From the NCBI GenBank assembly GCA_051746185.1, contig JBNJEV010000013.1, positions 5,753 to 69,752 on the forward strand: a DNA stretch of 64,000 nt. Direction: 5' to 3'. The notes below the pieces were generated by a model. That model saw nothing but the letters and a program-made list of their open reading frames with translations, had not been told where the DNA came from and did no database searches. Both the position numbers and the translations under genes were made by a program. Below, piece by piece: positions 55,549-64,000 of the stretch. Position 1 is the stretch's first letter, and every line of letters starts with the position of its first letter. The DNA is from Bacteroidota bacterium. Its GTDB lineage: Bacteria; Bacteroidota; Bacteroidia; Bacteroidales; GCA-2748055.

Positions 55549-56811
55549 CTACTCGTAGGAAGGTTCGGAGACCATGCCGATGAACAGGATCGATTTGCTG
55601 GTGTTCTCGGTGATGGCGAACAGGAACGGATGGTCCAGGCGGATAAAGGTGTTCTCCATGACGGAGGTGACACCAATAATGACGGCGGTAACCGCTGCCG
55701 CTTCTGTCCCCTCCTCGTTCACGTCGATATAGGTTTTATGGATCACCTCCGAGATCAGCAGGTCGATCTCGCTGATGGCGGAGAAGTCTGCCTGCTCGGT
55801 GAATGCGATGCCGAGCCCCATGTTGGCCAGGTCATCTTTCAGTGACCGGTCATAATCGAATTTGAATTTGGGCATGGTCACCGTAAACTCTTCCTTTTCG
55901 GAGAACTCTTCCAGCCAGCTGTTCCAGGTCTCCCCGTCCAGTCCGTCCACCAGGTCCTGCACCGACGAGCCTTCGGCAGGCAGGAAAAGGAACATGCTGA
56001 ACTTGTTGTTCTTGTAGGGCAGCTCCACGGCACTGAAATCTTCGGTGAATGCCACGTCGAACGTACTTTCCACGGTCATCATCTCCACCTGGCCGTAGAG
56101 CCGGTCGTCCGCGGTGTAGAAAGGCTTTTCGGAGGTATCGTCCGGATCGAATTCGGTTTCCCAGAGGCAGTTGAAATAGAGTGCGTTGATCAGGATCATC
56201 ATGGTTTCCCGATCAATGGAGTCGATGATCTTGTCGATCTTGCCGTGGGTTTTGTCGCTGACCCATTCATTGATGGTGTTCAGCGCGCTGAGTGTTCGGA
56301 AATCCAGGTCCCTGACCTCTGCATCGTAGTAGTTCACATTCATGTCGATGAATTCCTGTTTCACCGGGAATTCGTCATGGTACCAAAGCGAATTGGCGAT
56401 CTCCAGCAGGTTCCCTTTCGAATTGGTGACCAGCACATTGATCAGCTCCCTGGTGATCTTGTTCACCTCTTCACGGGTAAGCCCTTCATAGTTGAGCACC
56501 TGTTCGAAGGCATCCATGGTGGTGGTTTCTGCCCCGTTGTAAGCCATTCCCAGGGCAATGCTCACCGAAGCGGGGGAGATCATGATGTTGGGTCTATCCT
56601 CATTGGCCATTACTTCCAGGAAAAGATCGAGACCAAAATCATTGTTGGTTTCAATGACCTCCGCCGATTTGAGATTGTAGTCGAAGACCGGGTCCGGTTC
56701 CTGGGAGCATCCTGAGCCGACGAACAGCATCAGCAAGGCGGTCATCAGAAAATGTATTGTTTTCATGAGGTTTGCATTTATCGTTTTCATGTCCGTTCTA
56801 TATTTAAACAC
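55549..56811 (-). CDS. Serpin-family serine protease inhibitor, probable lipoprotein
   Basis: The lipobox is ...LMLFVGSGCSQ. The serpin hinge/RCL is ...NEEGTEAAAVTAVIIGVTSVMENTFIRLDHPFLFAI... The start may be at 56766. Confidence 0.88.
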   Translation of the reverse strand: MFKYRTDMKTINANLMKTIHFLMTALLMLFVGSGCSQEPDPVFDYNLKSAEVIETNNDFGLDLFLEVMANEDRPNIMISPASVSIALGMAYNGAETTTMDAFEQVLNYEGLTREEVNKITRELINVLVTNSKGNLLEIANSLWYHDEFPVKQEFIDMNVNYYDAEVRDLDFRTLSALNTINEWVSDKTHGKIDKIIDSIDRETMMILINALYFNCLWETEFDPDDTSEKPFYTADDRLYGQVEMMTVESTFDVAFTEDFSAVELPYKNNKFSMFLFLPAEGSSVQDLVDGLDGETWNSWLEEFSEKEEFTVTMPKFKFDYDRSLKDDLANMGLGIAFTEQADFSAISEIDLLISEVIHKTYIDVNEEGTEAAAVTAVIIGVTSVMENTFIRLDHPFLFAITENTSKSILFIGMVSEPSYE

Positions 56812-56831
56812 GTTTTATCCTGCATTGTTGT

Positions 56832-56939
56832 TCCCGGGGATTCATCAAATCCCCGAGATTCATCAAATCCCCGGGATTCATATATTCCCGGTGATTTTCC
56901 AGTGTTCAGGATTTTCTCAGTTCCCGGGGATTTCTTTTA
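56832..56939. repeat. Six tandem 18-bp units (consensus TCCCCGGGATTCATCAAA, decaying) in the divergent serpin / ECF-sigma intergenic region
   Basis: The units are tcccggggattcatcaaa | tccccgagattcatcaaa | tccccgggattcatatat | tcccggtgattttccagt | gttcaggattttctcagt | tcccggggatttctttta. Confidence 0.75.
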
Positions 56940-57048
56940 AGACGATTTATTTTGAGCATGGGTTGCGTTCATCCTGACGCAACCCCCGGCCTTATCCCTG
57001 CATCATACTGTTGTAATGCCCGGGGATGTGATATCCTGCCAATTTGCA

Positions 57049-57056
57049 TAAATTTG
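57049..57056 (+). promoter_or_regulatory. Bacteroidota-type -7 promoter element TAaaTTTG upstream of the ECF sigma gene
   Basis: It is a perfect match to TAnnTTTG, 20 nt before the TTG start at 57076. I found no convincing -33 TTTG at the canonical spacing. Confidence 0.3.
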
Positions 57057-57075
57057 TCACGGGAGGAAAACTGCA

Positions 57076-57624
57076 TTGGCAGAAAAACTGGAGATATTAA
57101 TCAGGGGGTGCAAAAAAGGCAAGCCCCGCAGCCAGGAGGAACTCTACAGGAGGTTTGCTTCAGCCATGTACGGGCTGTGCCTGCAATATGCCTCCTGTGA
57201 GGAGGATGCCCGGGACATACTGCAGGAAGGGTTCATCAAGGTGTTCACCAAACTGAACCAGGTGAAGAACCCTGCGGCACTGCCTGGCTGGATCAGAAGG
57301 GTGATGATCAATACAGCCCTGGAAAAATACAGGAGCCAGCTGTATCTCCAAAGGATCGATGACATACAGGAAGAAATGAATGAAGAGACGGACGATGGCA
57401 TTTATGATACCCTGACCTCCCGTGAGCTCGTGGAGGTCATTCAGACCCTTACCCCGAAATACAGGATGGTGTTCAACCTGTATGCGATCGAGGGGTATAA
57501 CCACCAGGAGATCAGTGAGGAACTAGGAATCTCCGTGGGTACATCCAAGTCCAATCTTTCCAGGGCAAGGGCTATATTGCAGAAGAGGATCAAAAAAATA
57601 TACGGTTCAGCGATCATAAAATGA
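57076..57624 (+). CDS. ECF-type RNA polymerase sigma factor (TTG start)
   Basis: (M)AEKLEILIRGCKKGKPRSQEELYRRFASAMYGLCLQY...EDARDILQEGFIKVF... is region 2. ...LYAIEGYNHQEISEELGISVGTSKSNLSRAR... is region 4. Confidence 0.85.
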   Translation: MAEKLEILIRGCKKGKPRSQEELYRRFASAMYGLCLQYASCEEDARDILQEGFIKVFTKLNQVKNPAALPGWIRRVMINTALEKYRSQLYLQRIDDIQEEMNEETDDGIYDTLTSRELVEVIQTLTPKYRMVFNLYAIEGYNHQEISEELGISVGTSKSNLSRARAILQKRIKKIYGSAIIK

Positions 57625-59159
57625 GCGAACAGGATCATATCGGAAAAGGTTTTCTGAAGGAACGGCTCGGAGAATTCCGGGCGGATCCTCCGGAAGAGGT
57701 GTGGACGGCTATTTCCGGACGGCTGGGGACCAGGAACCGGAAAAGGATCGTCCTTTTTGTGCTTTCGGCTGCGGCGACCATTGCAGTGGCGATTACGCTG
57801 GGAATCGGTTTTTTCGGTTCCGGAACGGACAACATGACGGTAAGTGAAGCCACCGAGCAAACTGAAACCGGGGTACAGGAAGGGGCTGCCCCGGAAACCG
57901 GAGCGGGGGAACAGGCAGAAGATCTTGCACAGACTGAAGCAGGAGCACAACCCGAAGGTGCGGCGCAAACCGGGGCACAACCGGAAGCTGTTGCGCAGAC
58001 TGAAGCCGGAGCACAACCCGAAGGTGCAGTACAGGCTGGAACCGGGACACAACCGGAAGCTGTTGCGCAAACTGAAGCGGGAGAACATGCAGAAACTGCC
58101 CCGGAAACCGGACTGGCAGCACAACCTGAAGATCTTGCGCAAACTCAGGCCGGAGCACAACCCGAAGCTGTTGCGGATGTATTCGTTCCGGATGGCCGTC
58201 TGCGACCCGGGGATGTACAGGCCCTGAACCGCATCTCCCCGGATCTGGATCCGGCGATGGCTGGCATCCGGGAAGGGTCCGGAAAAAACCTCACTGCACT
58301 GCCGGTTGATACGCTGGTCCCCGCCCGTCTGACCCCGGATGAACAGTATCTGTTTGCAGATACCCGGGAAACGGACCGGGAAAACAGGGGACCCAGGTGG
58401 ACAGTGGGTGCTGCGCTTACGCCCATTTACAGTTTCAGGGATGCAGAGGGTCAGTCCATGGCTGGCTCGGGGGACTATGAGTCGGGGATTATTTCTTATG
58501 CGGGAGGAGTTCACGTGGGTTACCATGCCCGTTCAAGACTGGCCGTCGAATCGGGCATATTATTCAACAAGATGGGGATTGCCATTGGTTCGCAGGGGAT
58601 CCTGATGTATGAGCAGGCGTTTGACTTTGCCCCGCTCCGGGAAGAGGCCAGCGGCTCGAACATCCTGGCCGTGAACAATTCAGTGGGGAACATCGTGTCG
58701 CCTTCAGGGGACATCTATGTGAACAGCTACAAGGTCCAGGAATTCAACGAGGCCAATGCATACAACCAGACCGATCAGCAGCCGGGGGTCTATCTGGAAC
58801 AGGAGATCAGACAGCAGCTCGACTATCTGGAACTGCCCTTCAATGTGAGATATTCGGTGATCGACAGCGACATTGAGATCCAGCTTGTGGGCGGGATGAG
58901 CACCAATTTTCTTCTGAACAGCAGTGTGATCATGGAGACGGCCACGGGTGAACGTGAGATTGGGTATTTGACCAACATCAAAACCATCAATTATTCGGGG
59001 AACGCCGGTATCGGGATGGTCTACCATGTGCAGGACCGTTTCAGTCTCAGGCTGGAACCCCGTTTCCGGTATTATATCAATTCGATCAATGATCAGACAC
59101 TTCCATCCACCCGTCCCTACACCTTCGGTATTTACACGGGACTGAATTTCCGCTTCTGA
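57621..59159 (+). CDS. Membrane-anchored protein coupled to the ECF sigma (anti-sigma-like N-terminus, Ala/Gln/Pro/Glu repeat linker, C-terminal OMP-type beta-barrel)
   Basis: Its start overlaps the sigma stop (ATGA). It has a ~40-aa N-terminal segment followed by a TM (IVLFVLSAAATIAVAITLGIGFF). The repeats are AQTEAGAQPEG/AVAQTEAG. The C-terminus ends ...YTFGIYTGLNFRF*. Confidence 0.55.
   Translation: MSEQDHIGKGFLKERLGEFRADPPEEVWTAISGRLGTRNRKRIVLFVLSAAATIAVAITLGIGFFGSGTDNMTVSEATEQTETGVQEGAAPETGAGEQAEDLAQTEAGAQPEGAAQTGAQPEAVAQTEAGAQPEGAVQAGTGTQPEAVAQTEAGEHAETAPETGLAAQPEDLAQTQAGAQPEAVADVFVPDGRLRPGDVQALNRISPDLDPAMAGIREGSGKNLTALPVDTLVPARLTPDEQYLFADTRETDRENRGPRWTVGAALTPIYSFRDAEGQSMAGSGDYESGIISYAGGVHVGYHARSRLAVESGILFNKMGIAIGSQGILMYEQAFDFAPLREEASGSNILAVNNSVGNIVSPSGDIYVNSYKVQEFNEANAYNQTDQQPGVYLEQEIRQQLDYLELPFNVRYSVIDSDIEIQLVGGMSTNFLLNSSVIMETATGEREIGYLTNIKTINYSGNAGIGMVYHVQDRFSLRLEPRFRYYINSINDQTLPSTRPYTFGIYTGLNFRF
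57850..58180 (+). repeat. Degenerate in-frame repeats (A-Q-T-E-A-G-A-Q-P-E-type)
   Basis: Repeated cagactgaagc(a/c)ggagcacaacccgaaggtgc and acaaccggaagctgttgcgca(g/a)actgaagc blocks. Several frames on both strands are open. Confidence 0.7.
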
Positions 59160-59327
59160 GACATTTGCTGCCGGCTCCATTTTCTTCCCCGGACCGGTAA
59201 AATTTTACAGGTTTAGGGTTACCGATCCATCGGGGAATGGAAACAAATCTGTAATTTTGTAAACTTCGCACCCCCGGATTCGTATGAAGGGTAGATAAAA
59301 GTGTATATGAAGGCTAATTGAGATGTC

Positions 59328-60287
59328 ATGAAGCAGCGGAAAGTAAAAGAGCGGATGATGGTCGTGCTGTTCCTTGCAGCGGGCGGCCTGGCCATCCTGG
59401 TGGCAGCCACAGGGTATTCGGAAGGGTTGGATGAAGGGATCGACCCGGCAGGCAAAGACGCGTGTACCGTTTACGGGGTGGAGATCCCCGATCAGGTCTA
59501 CTTTGCAGGCGAGCCGGTGCCGCTGGATTTGTTTGACGTCAGGGAATCGCTGGACAGGGAGTTGCTGTCAAATACCTATTTTCATTCCCAGACCATCCGG
59601 TTGATCAAGATGGCCAACCGCTATTTTCCCCAGATCGAAGCGGTTCTTCGAAAAAACCTGGTACCGGATGATTTCAAATACCTGGCGGTGGCTGAAAGCG
59701 GTCTGGCACACGTGGTATCCCCCGCCAGAGCGGTCGGATTCTGGCAGCTGCTGCGGGGAACCGCCCTGGAGTACGGACTGGAGGTGAACGGTGAGATCGA
59801 CGAACGTTACCACGTGGTCAGGTCCACGGAGGTGGCCTGCAGGTATCTGATCGAGTCATTTGAAAAATACGGGAACTGGACCATGACCGCAGCTTCCTAC
59901 AATGCGGGCAGAAGGGGCGTGGACCGGGAGATGGAGCGGCAGAAGAATAACAATTATTACGACCTTCTGCTGAACGAGGAAACCGCACGTTATCTTTACA
60001 GGGTAGTGGCCTTCAAGCTGATATTTGAGGATCCGGAAGCCTATGGCTTCACCCTGGCAAAAAATGATCTCTACCCTGAGATACCCATGCGTACGGTGGT
60101 GATCGACAGCACGGTGGCCGATTTTGCCGATTTTGCCTTCGAGCAAGGTACCAATTACAAGATCCTGAAATATTTCAATCCCTGGCTGCGGGACAACAAG
60201 CTGAACAATCCTTCCCGGAAGCGGTATGAGATCATGCTTCCGGAAAGGGATTACCGGCGGCCCGATGCCTGGGAATACATGGATTGA
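59328..60287 (+). CDS. Lytic transglycosylase (SLT domain, MltD-like)
   Basis: ...YLAVAESGLAHVVSPARAVGFWQLLRGTALEYGL... contains the catalytic Glu context, and ...AASYNAG... follows. TAatTTTG at 59252-59259 is a candidate -7 element. Confidence 0.8.
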   Translation: MKQRKVKERMMVVLFLAAGGLAILVAATGYSEGLDEGIDPAGKDACTVYGVEIPDQVYFAGEPVPLDLFDVRESLDRELLSNTYFHSQTIRLIKMANRYFPQIEAVLRKNLVPDDFKYLAVAESGLAHVVSPARAVGFWQLLRGTALEYGLEVNGEIDERYHVVRSTEVACRYLIESFEKYGNWTMTAASYNAGRRGVDREMERQKNNNYYDLLLNEETARYLYRVVAFKLIFEDPEAYGFTLAKNDLYPEIPMRTVVIDSTVADFADFAFEQGTNYKILKYFNPWLRDNKLNNPSRKRYEIMLPERDYRRPDAWEYMD

Positions 60288-60291
60288 CGGA

Positions 60292-63132
60292 ATGAAAAGT
60301 GTGGTGGAGGCTGACAGAAGGATCATAGAGGTACTGGGAGCACGCGAGCACAACCTGAAAAACATCGATGTTTCCATTCCCCGGAACAGGCTGACAGTGG
60401 TGACCGGACTGAGCGGAAGCGGGAAGTCCTCCCTGGCATTCGACACCATCTATGCCGAAGGTCAGCGGAGGTACATCGAAACCATGAATGCCTATGCACG
60501 CCAGTTTTTGGGCAACCTGGAGCGTCCCGATGTGGATAAGATCACCGGGCTGAGCCCTGTCATCTCCATCGAGCAGAAAACCACCAATAAAAATCCCAGA
60601 TCCACGGTGGGTACCATCACCGAGGTGTACGATTTCCTGCGGCTCCTGTATGCCCGCGTGGCCGATGCATACTCCTACGTGACCGGGGAGCGTATGGTGA
60701 AGTACACCCAGGACCAGATCATGGATATCATCCTGGATGTTTTCAGGGATCAAAAGATCTATGTGCTGGCCCCCCTGGTACGCGGACGCAAGGGACATTA
60801 CCGGGAGCTTTTTGACCAGATCAGGCGGAACGGATTTATCTATGCCAGGGTGGACGGCGAAATGAAAGAGGTGCTGCCCGGGATGCGGGTCGACCGGTAC
60901 AGGAACCACGATATCGAGGTGGTCATCGACCGGATGACCGCCCGGGAAAGTGACCGGGACCGGCTGAAAAAATCGCTGGCAGCGGCCATGAAACAGGGGA
61001 AAGGCACCACCATGATCCTGGAAAAGGATGGCCGTGAACCCCGCTATTTCTCCAGCCAGCTCATGTGTCCCACCTCCGGTATTTCCTACAATGAACCGGC
61101 ACCCCACAGTTTCTCGTTCAACTCCCCCCGGGGCGCCTGTCCGGCCTGCAACGGTCTGGGGACCATCAATGATGTAGATATCAGTAAGATCATACCCGAT
61201 GAGTCCAAAAGCATTCGAAAGGGGGCGCTTGTTCCGGTAGGACCATACAGGAATGCGCTGATTTTCTGGCAACTGGAAGCCATTGCCAGAAAGCACGGTT
61301 TCACCCTGGATACACCCGTAAAGGATATTCCCCGGGAGGCGCTTCACTGTATCCTGTTCGGTTCTGAGGAACCGCTGAAGCTGCAGAATACTCCCCTGGG
61401 TGCCACCTCCAATTATTTTCTGAGCTTTGACGGGATTATCAGTTATGTGCAGAACCAGAGCAACGGCAACTCACGCAACGGTCAGCGCCAGGTGCGGCAG
61501 TACATCAAAAAAGTACCCTGTCCACAGTGCCACGGAACACGACTGAAGACCGAAATGCTCTATTTTAAGATCAACGGAAAGACCATCGCCGAGTTGTCGG
61601 CCATGGATATCGGTGCCCTGGCAGTGTGGTTCGAAGATTTGGAAGAGCATCTTACCGAACGTCAGAATGCCATCGCCAGGGACATTTTGAAAGAGATCCG
61701 GAGCAGGCTGGATTTTCTGCTGGATGTGGGACTGGATTACCTTTCCCTGCACCGGAGTGCCCGGTCCCTGTCAGGCGGCGAAAGCCAGCGGATCAGGCTG
61801 GCCACCCAGATCGGTTCCAGGCTGGTGAATGTGCTGTATATCCTTGACGAGCCAAGCATCGGCCTGCACCAACGGGATAACAGGAAACTGATCGCATCGC
61901 TGAAGAGCCTGCGTGACCAGGGGAATTCGGTGATCGTGGTGGAACATGACCGGGAGATGATCCTTTCGGCCGATCATATCGTGGACCTGGGGCCCGGTGC
62001 GGGGCGCCACGGAGGGGAACTGGTGGCAGCGGGAACACCGGCGGAGATCATTTCCGGGAAAACACTTACCTCCGAATACCTGAATTATACCAAAGAAATC
62101 CCCGTACCTGCCCACAGGAGGGCAGGCAGCGGCGAGGTACTTGTACTGAAGGGGGCCTCAGGCAACAACCTGAAAGAAGTGGACGTGGTTTTCCCGCTGG
62201 GGAAATTCATATGCGTGACCGGTGTCAGCGGAAGCGGGAAGTCCACCCTGATCAACGACACCCTTCACCCGATCATCAGCCGGAAACTCTACCGGTCGAA
62301 CAGGGAACCGCATCCTTACCGGTCATTGACCGGACTGCAACATATCGACAAGGTCATTGAAGTGGACCAGTCACCCCTGGGCCGGACTCCCAGGTCCAAT
62401 CCGGTCACCTACACCGGTGTATTCGGCGATATCAGGAAACTTTTTGCACAGACACCGGATGCGAAGATCAGGGGATTTAAGGCCAGCAGGTTCTCTTTCA
62501 ATGTGAAGGGCGGACGGTGTGAGACCTGCGGAGGAGCGGGGGTGCAGACCATTGAAATGAATTTCCTTCCCGATGTGTACGTACAGTGCAAGACATGCAA
62601 CGGGAAGCGGTACAACAGGGAAACCCTGGAGGTGCGTTACAAGGATCACAACATCAATGATGTACTGAAAATGACCATCAACCAGGCTGTGGAATTCTTC
62701 TCCAGTGTCCCTCCCATTCTGCGGAAGATGAAAACCATGCAGGATGTGGGACTGGGATACATCCGCCTGGGACAGCCTTCCACCACCCTTTCGGGAGGTG
62801 AATCCCAGCGGGTGAAGCTATCGGCCGAGCTTTCCAAGAAGGATACCGGGAAAACGCTGTATATCCTGGACGAGCCCACCACAGGTCTTCATTTCGAGGA
62901 TGTGCGGGTGCTGCTGGAAGTGGTGGCCAGGCTGGTGAACCGCGGCAATACGGTCATCATGATCGAGCACAACATGGATGTGATCAAGGTGGCCGACCAT
63001 ATCATCGACCTGGGAAAGGAGGGAGGCGACATGGGCGGGATGGTCATTGCAGCCGGAACCCCCGAGCAGGTGGCAGGGATCGGTGAAAGCTATACAGGGA
63101 ATTTCCTGAAACGGGAACTCTCACTCGAATAA
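60292..63132 (+). CDS. uvrA: Excinuclease ABC subunit A
   Basis: ...GAREHNLKNIDVSIPRNRLTVVTGLSGSGKSSLAFDTIYAEGQRRY..., the zinc modules and a second ABC cassette match UvrA. I chose the ATG at 60292, after the upstream gene's stop. Confidence 0.96.
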   Translation: MKSVVEADRRIIEVLGAREHNLKNIDVSIPRNRLTVVTGLSGSGKSSLAFDTIYAEGQRRYIETMNAYARQFLGNLERPDVDKITGLSPVISIEQKTTNKNPRSTVGTITEVYDFLRLLYARVADAYSYVTGERMVKYTQDQIMDIILDVFRDQKIYVLAPLVRGRKGHYRELFDQIRRNGFIYARVDGEMKEVLPGMRVDRYRNHDIEVVIDRMTARESDRDRLKKSLAAAMKQGKGTTMILEKDGREPRYFSSQLMCPTSGISYNEPAPHSFSFNSPRGACPACNGLGTINDVDISKIIPDESKSIRKGALVPVGPYRNALIFWQLEAIARKHGFTLDTPVKDIPREALHCILFGSEEPLKLQNTPLGATSNYFLSFDGIISYVQNQSNGNSRNGQRQVRQYIKKVPCPQCHGTRLKTEMLYFKINGKTIAELSAMDIGALAVWFEDLEEHLTERQNAIARDILKEIRSRLDFLLDVGLDYLSLHRSARSLSGGESQRIRLATQIGSRLVNVLYILDEPSIGLHQRDNRKLIASLKSLRDQGNSVIVVEHDREMILSADHIVDLGPGAGRHGGELVAAGTPAEIISGKTLTSEYLNYTKEIPVPAHRRAGSGEVLVLKGASGNNLKEVDVVFPLGKFICVTGVSGSGKSTLINDTLHPIISRKLYRSNREPHPYRSLTGLQHIDKVIEVDQSPLGRTPRSNPVTYTGVFGDIRKLFAQTPDAKIRGFKASRFSFNVKGGRCETCGGAGVQTIEMNFLPDVYVQCKTCNGKRYNRETLEVRYKDHNINDVLKMTINQAVEFFSSVPPILRKMKTMQDVGLGYIRLGQPSTTLSGGESQRVKLSAELSKKDTGKTLYILDEPTTGLHFEDVRVLLEVVARLVNRGNTVIMIEHNMDVIKVADHIIDLGKEGGDMGGMVIAAGTPEQVAGIGESYTGNFLKRELSLE

Positions 63133-63179
63133 ATTATTTAAATTGGGTTCTTCTATATCCATAAAAAAGTATAGATTCA

Positions 63180-63890
63180 ATGATTTCAAGTGAAGATAAG
63201 ATCCTGAAAGCATTCAAACAGAAAACCTGGAATGAGATCAAGACCTCCGATTCCTGGCAGATTTTCAAGGTGATGGCAGAGTTCGTGGAAGGATTTGAGA
63301 AGATGGCCTCCATCGGCCCGTGTGTTTCGATCTTCGGTTCCGCGCGGACCGGAAGCGATCACAAATATTATCAACTGGCAGAAGAAATTGCATTCAAGCT
63401 CACCCAGAACGGCTATGGCGTGATCACGGGAGGCGGACCCGGGATCATGGAGGCGGCCAACAAGGGCGCGAAGAGGGGCAGCGGCAAAAGTGTGGGTTTG
63501 AACATTCACCTTCCTTTCGAGCAGACTTCCAATTCCTATATCGATCATGATAAACTTCTCACCTTTAAGCACTTCTTTGTCAGAAAGGTGATGTTCCAGA
63601 AATATGCCCAGGGGTTTATCGTGCTTCCGGGCGGATTCGGGACCTTCGACGAATTCTTCGAATCGGCAACCCTGATCCAGACAGGTAAGATCGGAAGATT
63701 TCCCCTTGTGCTGGTGGGCACCGATTTCTGGAAAGGTCTCCTGGCATGGATCGAGGAGGTGGTGCAGACAGAAGCAGGGAACATCAGTCCGGAGGACATG
63801 AACCTGTTCACACTTGTGGATACCGCAGATGATGCGGTGGATGTGATCAATAAGTTCTACTCCAAGTATATGTTGAGCCCCAACTTCTGA
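63180..63890 (+). CDS. LOG-family (TIGR00730) nucleotide phosphoribohydrolase
   Basis: ...VITGGGPGIMEAANKGA... and ...LPGGFGTFDEFFE... are the LOG signature motifs. Confidence 0.88.
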   Translation: MISSEDKILKAFKQKTWNEIKTSDSWQIFKVMAEFVEGFEKMASIGPCVSIFGSARTGSDHKYYQLAEEIAFKLTQNGYGVITGGGPGIMEAANKGAKRGSGKSVGLNIHLPFEQTSNSYIDHDKLLTFKHFFVRKVMFQKYAQGFIVLPGGFGTFDEFFESATLIQTGKIGRFPLVLVGTDFWKGLLAWIEEVVQTEAGNISPEDMNLFTLVDTADDAVDVINKFYSKYMLSPNF

Positions 63891-64000
63891 TCATTCCATT
63901 ACCTCTTCTCCGAATGCCGAACTTCATGTGCCTGCGATGGTTACCACAGCTACCTGTTCGTAAATCCGGATTTCTTTGCGAAAATATTTTTGTACATTGT

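Noticed and set aside
55138-55676. Track ORFs 55138..55461(+) and 55368..55676(-).
   Set aside because: The first is antisense to the RhuM-like relic and has no family resemblance. The second is an out-of-frame read-through of the relic that overlaps the serpin 3' end.
56752-56977. Two overlapping 60-70-aa ORFs (PGDSSNPRDSSNPRDS... / PGIHQIPEIHQIPGIH...) between the serpin and the sigma factor.
   Set aside because: Their repetitive peptides are simply translations of the 18-bp DNA tandem repeat in two frames. They are more plausibly noncoding regulatory or slippage DNA.
1-64000. A search by eye for tRNA/rRNA genes, CRISPR arrays, transposases/integrases, toxin-antitoxin pairs, restriction-modification or other known defence modules, and riboswitch-like leaders.
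   Set aside because: I recognised none of these. The intergenic regions are short apart from those discussed, and none shows tRNA-like T-arm/anticodon-arm signatures or known riboswitch cores. This is a visual negative only, so an Infernal/tRNAscan run is needed to confirm it.

Overview
This 64 kb window looks like a Bacteroidota chromosome segment. The evidence is a T9SS C-terminal sorting domain, a GldB-like lipoprotein, a DUF1573 protein, a MurF-Alr fusion, TAnnTTTG-type promoter motifs and no obvious Shine-Dalgarno sequences. Most of it is densely packed housekeeping genes. These include a complete trpE-G-D-C-F-B-A operon preceded by a WWW leader peptide and terminator that the ORF track misses, plus ddl, rluD, rsmG, rpmH (also absent from the track), tgt, dnaB, rsmI, tdk, murF/alr, nadE, ppk1, lpdA, uvrA and ispE. 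Envelope genes are also present: glycosyltransferases, an LpxL-like acyltransferase, an LptF/G permease, an Omp85-like giant protein and a lytic transglycosylase. I recognised no rRNA, tRNA, CRISPR array, transposase, integrase or known defence system. The unusual content falls into six groups. (1) A tandem array of two intact paralogs and one decayed paralog encodes small secreted proteins with acidic E-x-W-M-x-x-P-F repeats, one carrying five near-identical 54-bp units, with shared upstream motifs. (2) A GTTAG-rich intergenic repeat family appears at two loci, and one copy carries five hairpins whose stems differ but stay complementary. (3) In-frame low-complexity repeat insertions sit inside essential enzymes, including a His/Asn-rich insert in IspE and Gly/Ser/Asp/Pro-rich inserts in MurF-Alr. 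(4) A small accessory-looking stretch after lpdA holds a RhuM-like pseudogene, a serpin lipoprotein gene and a 6 x 18-bp tandem repeat in the divergent promoter shared with an ECF sigma / membrane-anchored beta-barrel pair. (5) A voltage-sensor K+ channel carries a C-terminal zinc ribbon. (6) Several convergent gene overlaps are present. All functional calls come from reading the translations by eye. No database search or folding computation was run.
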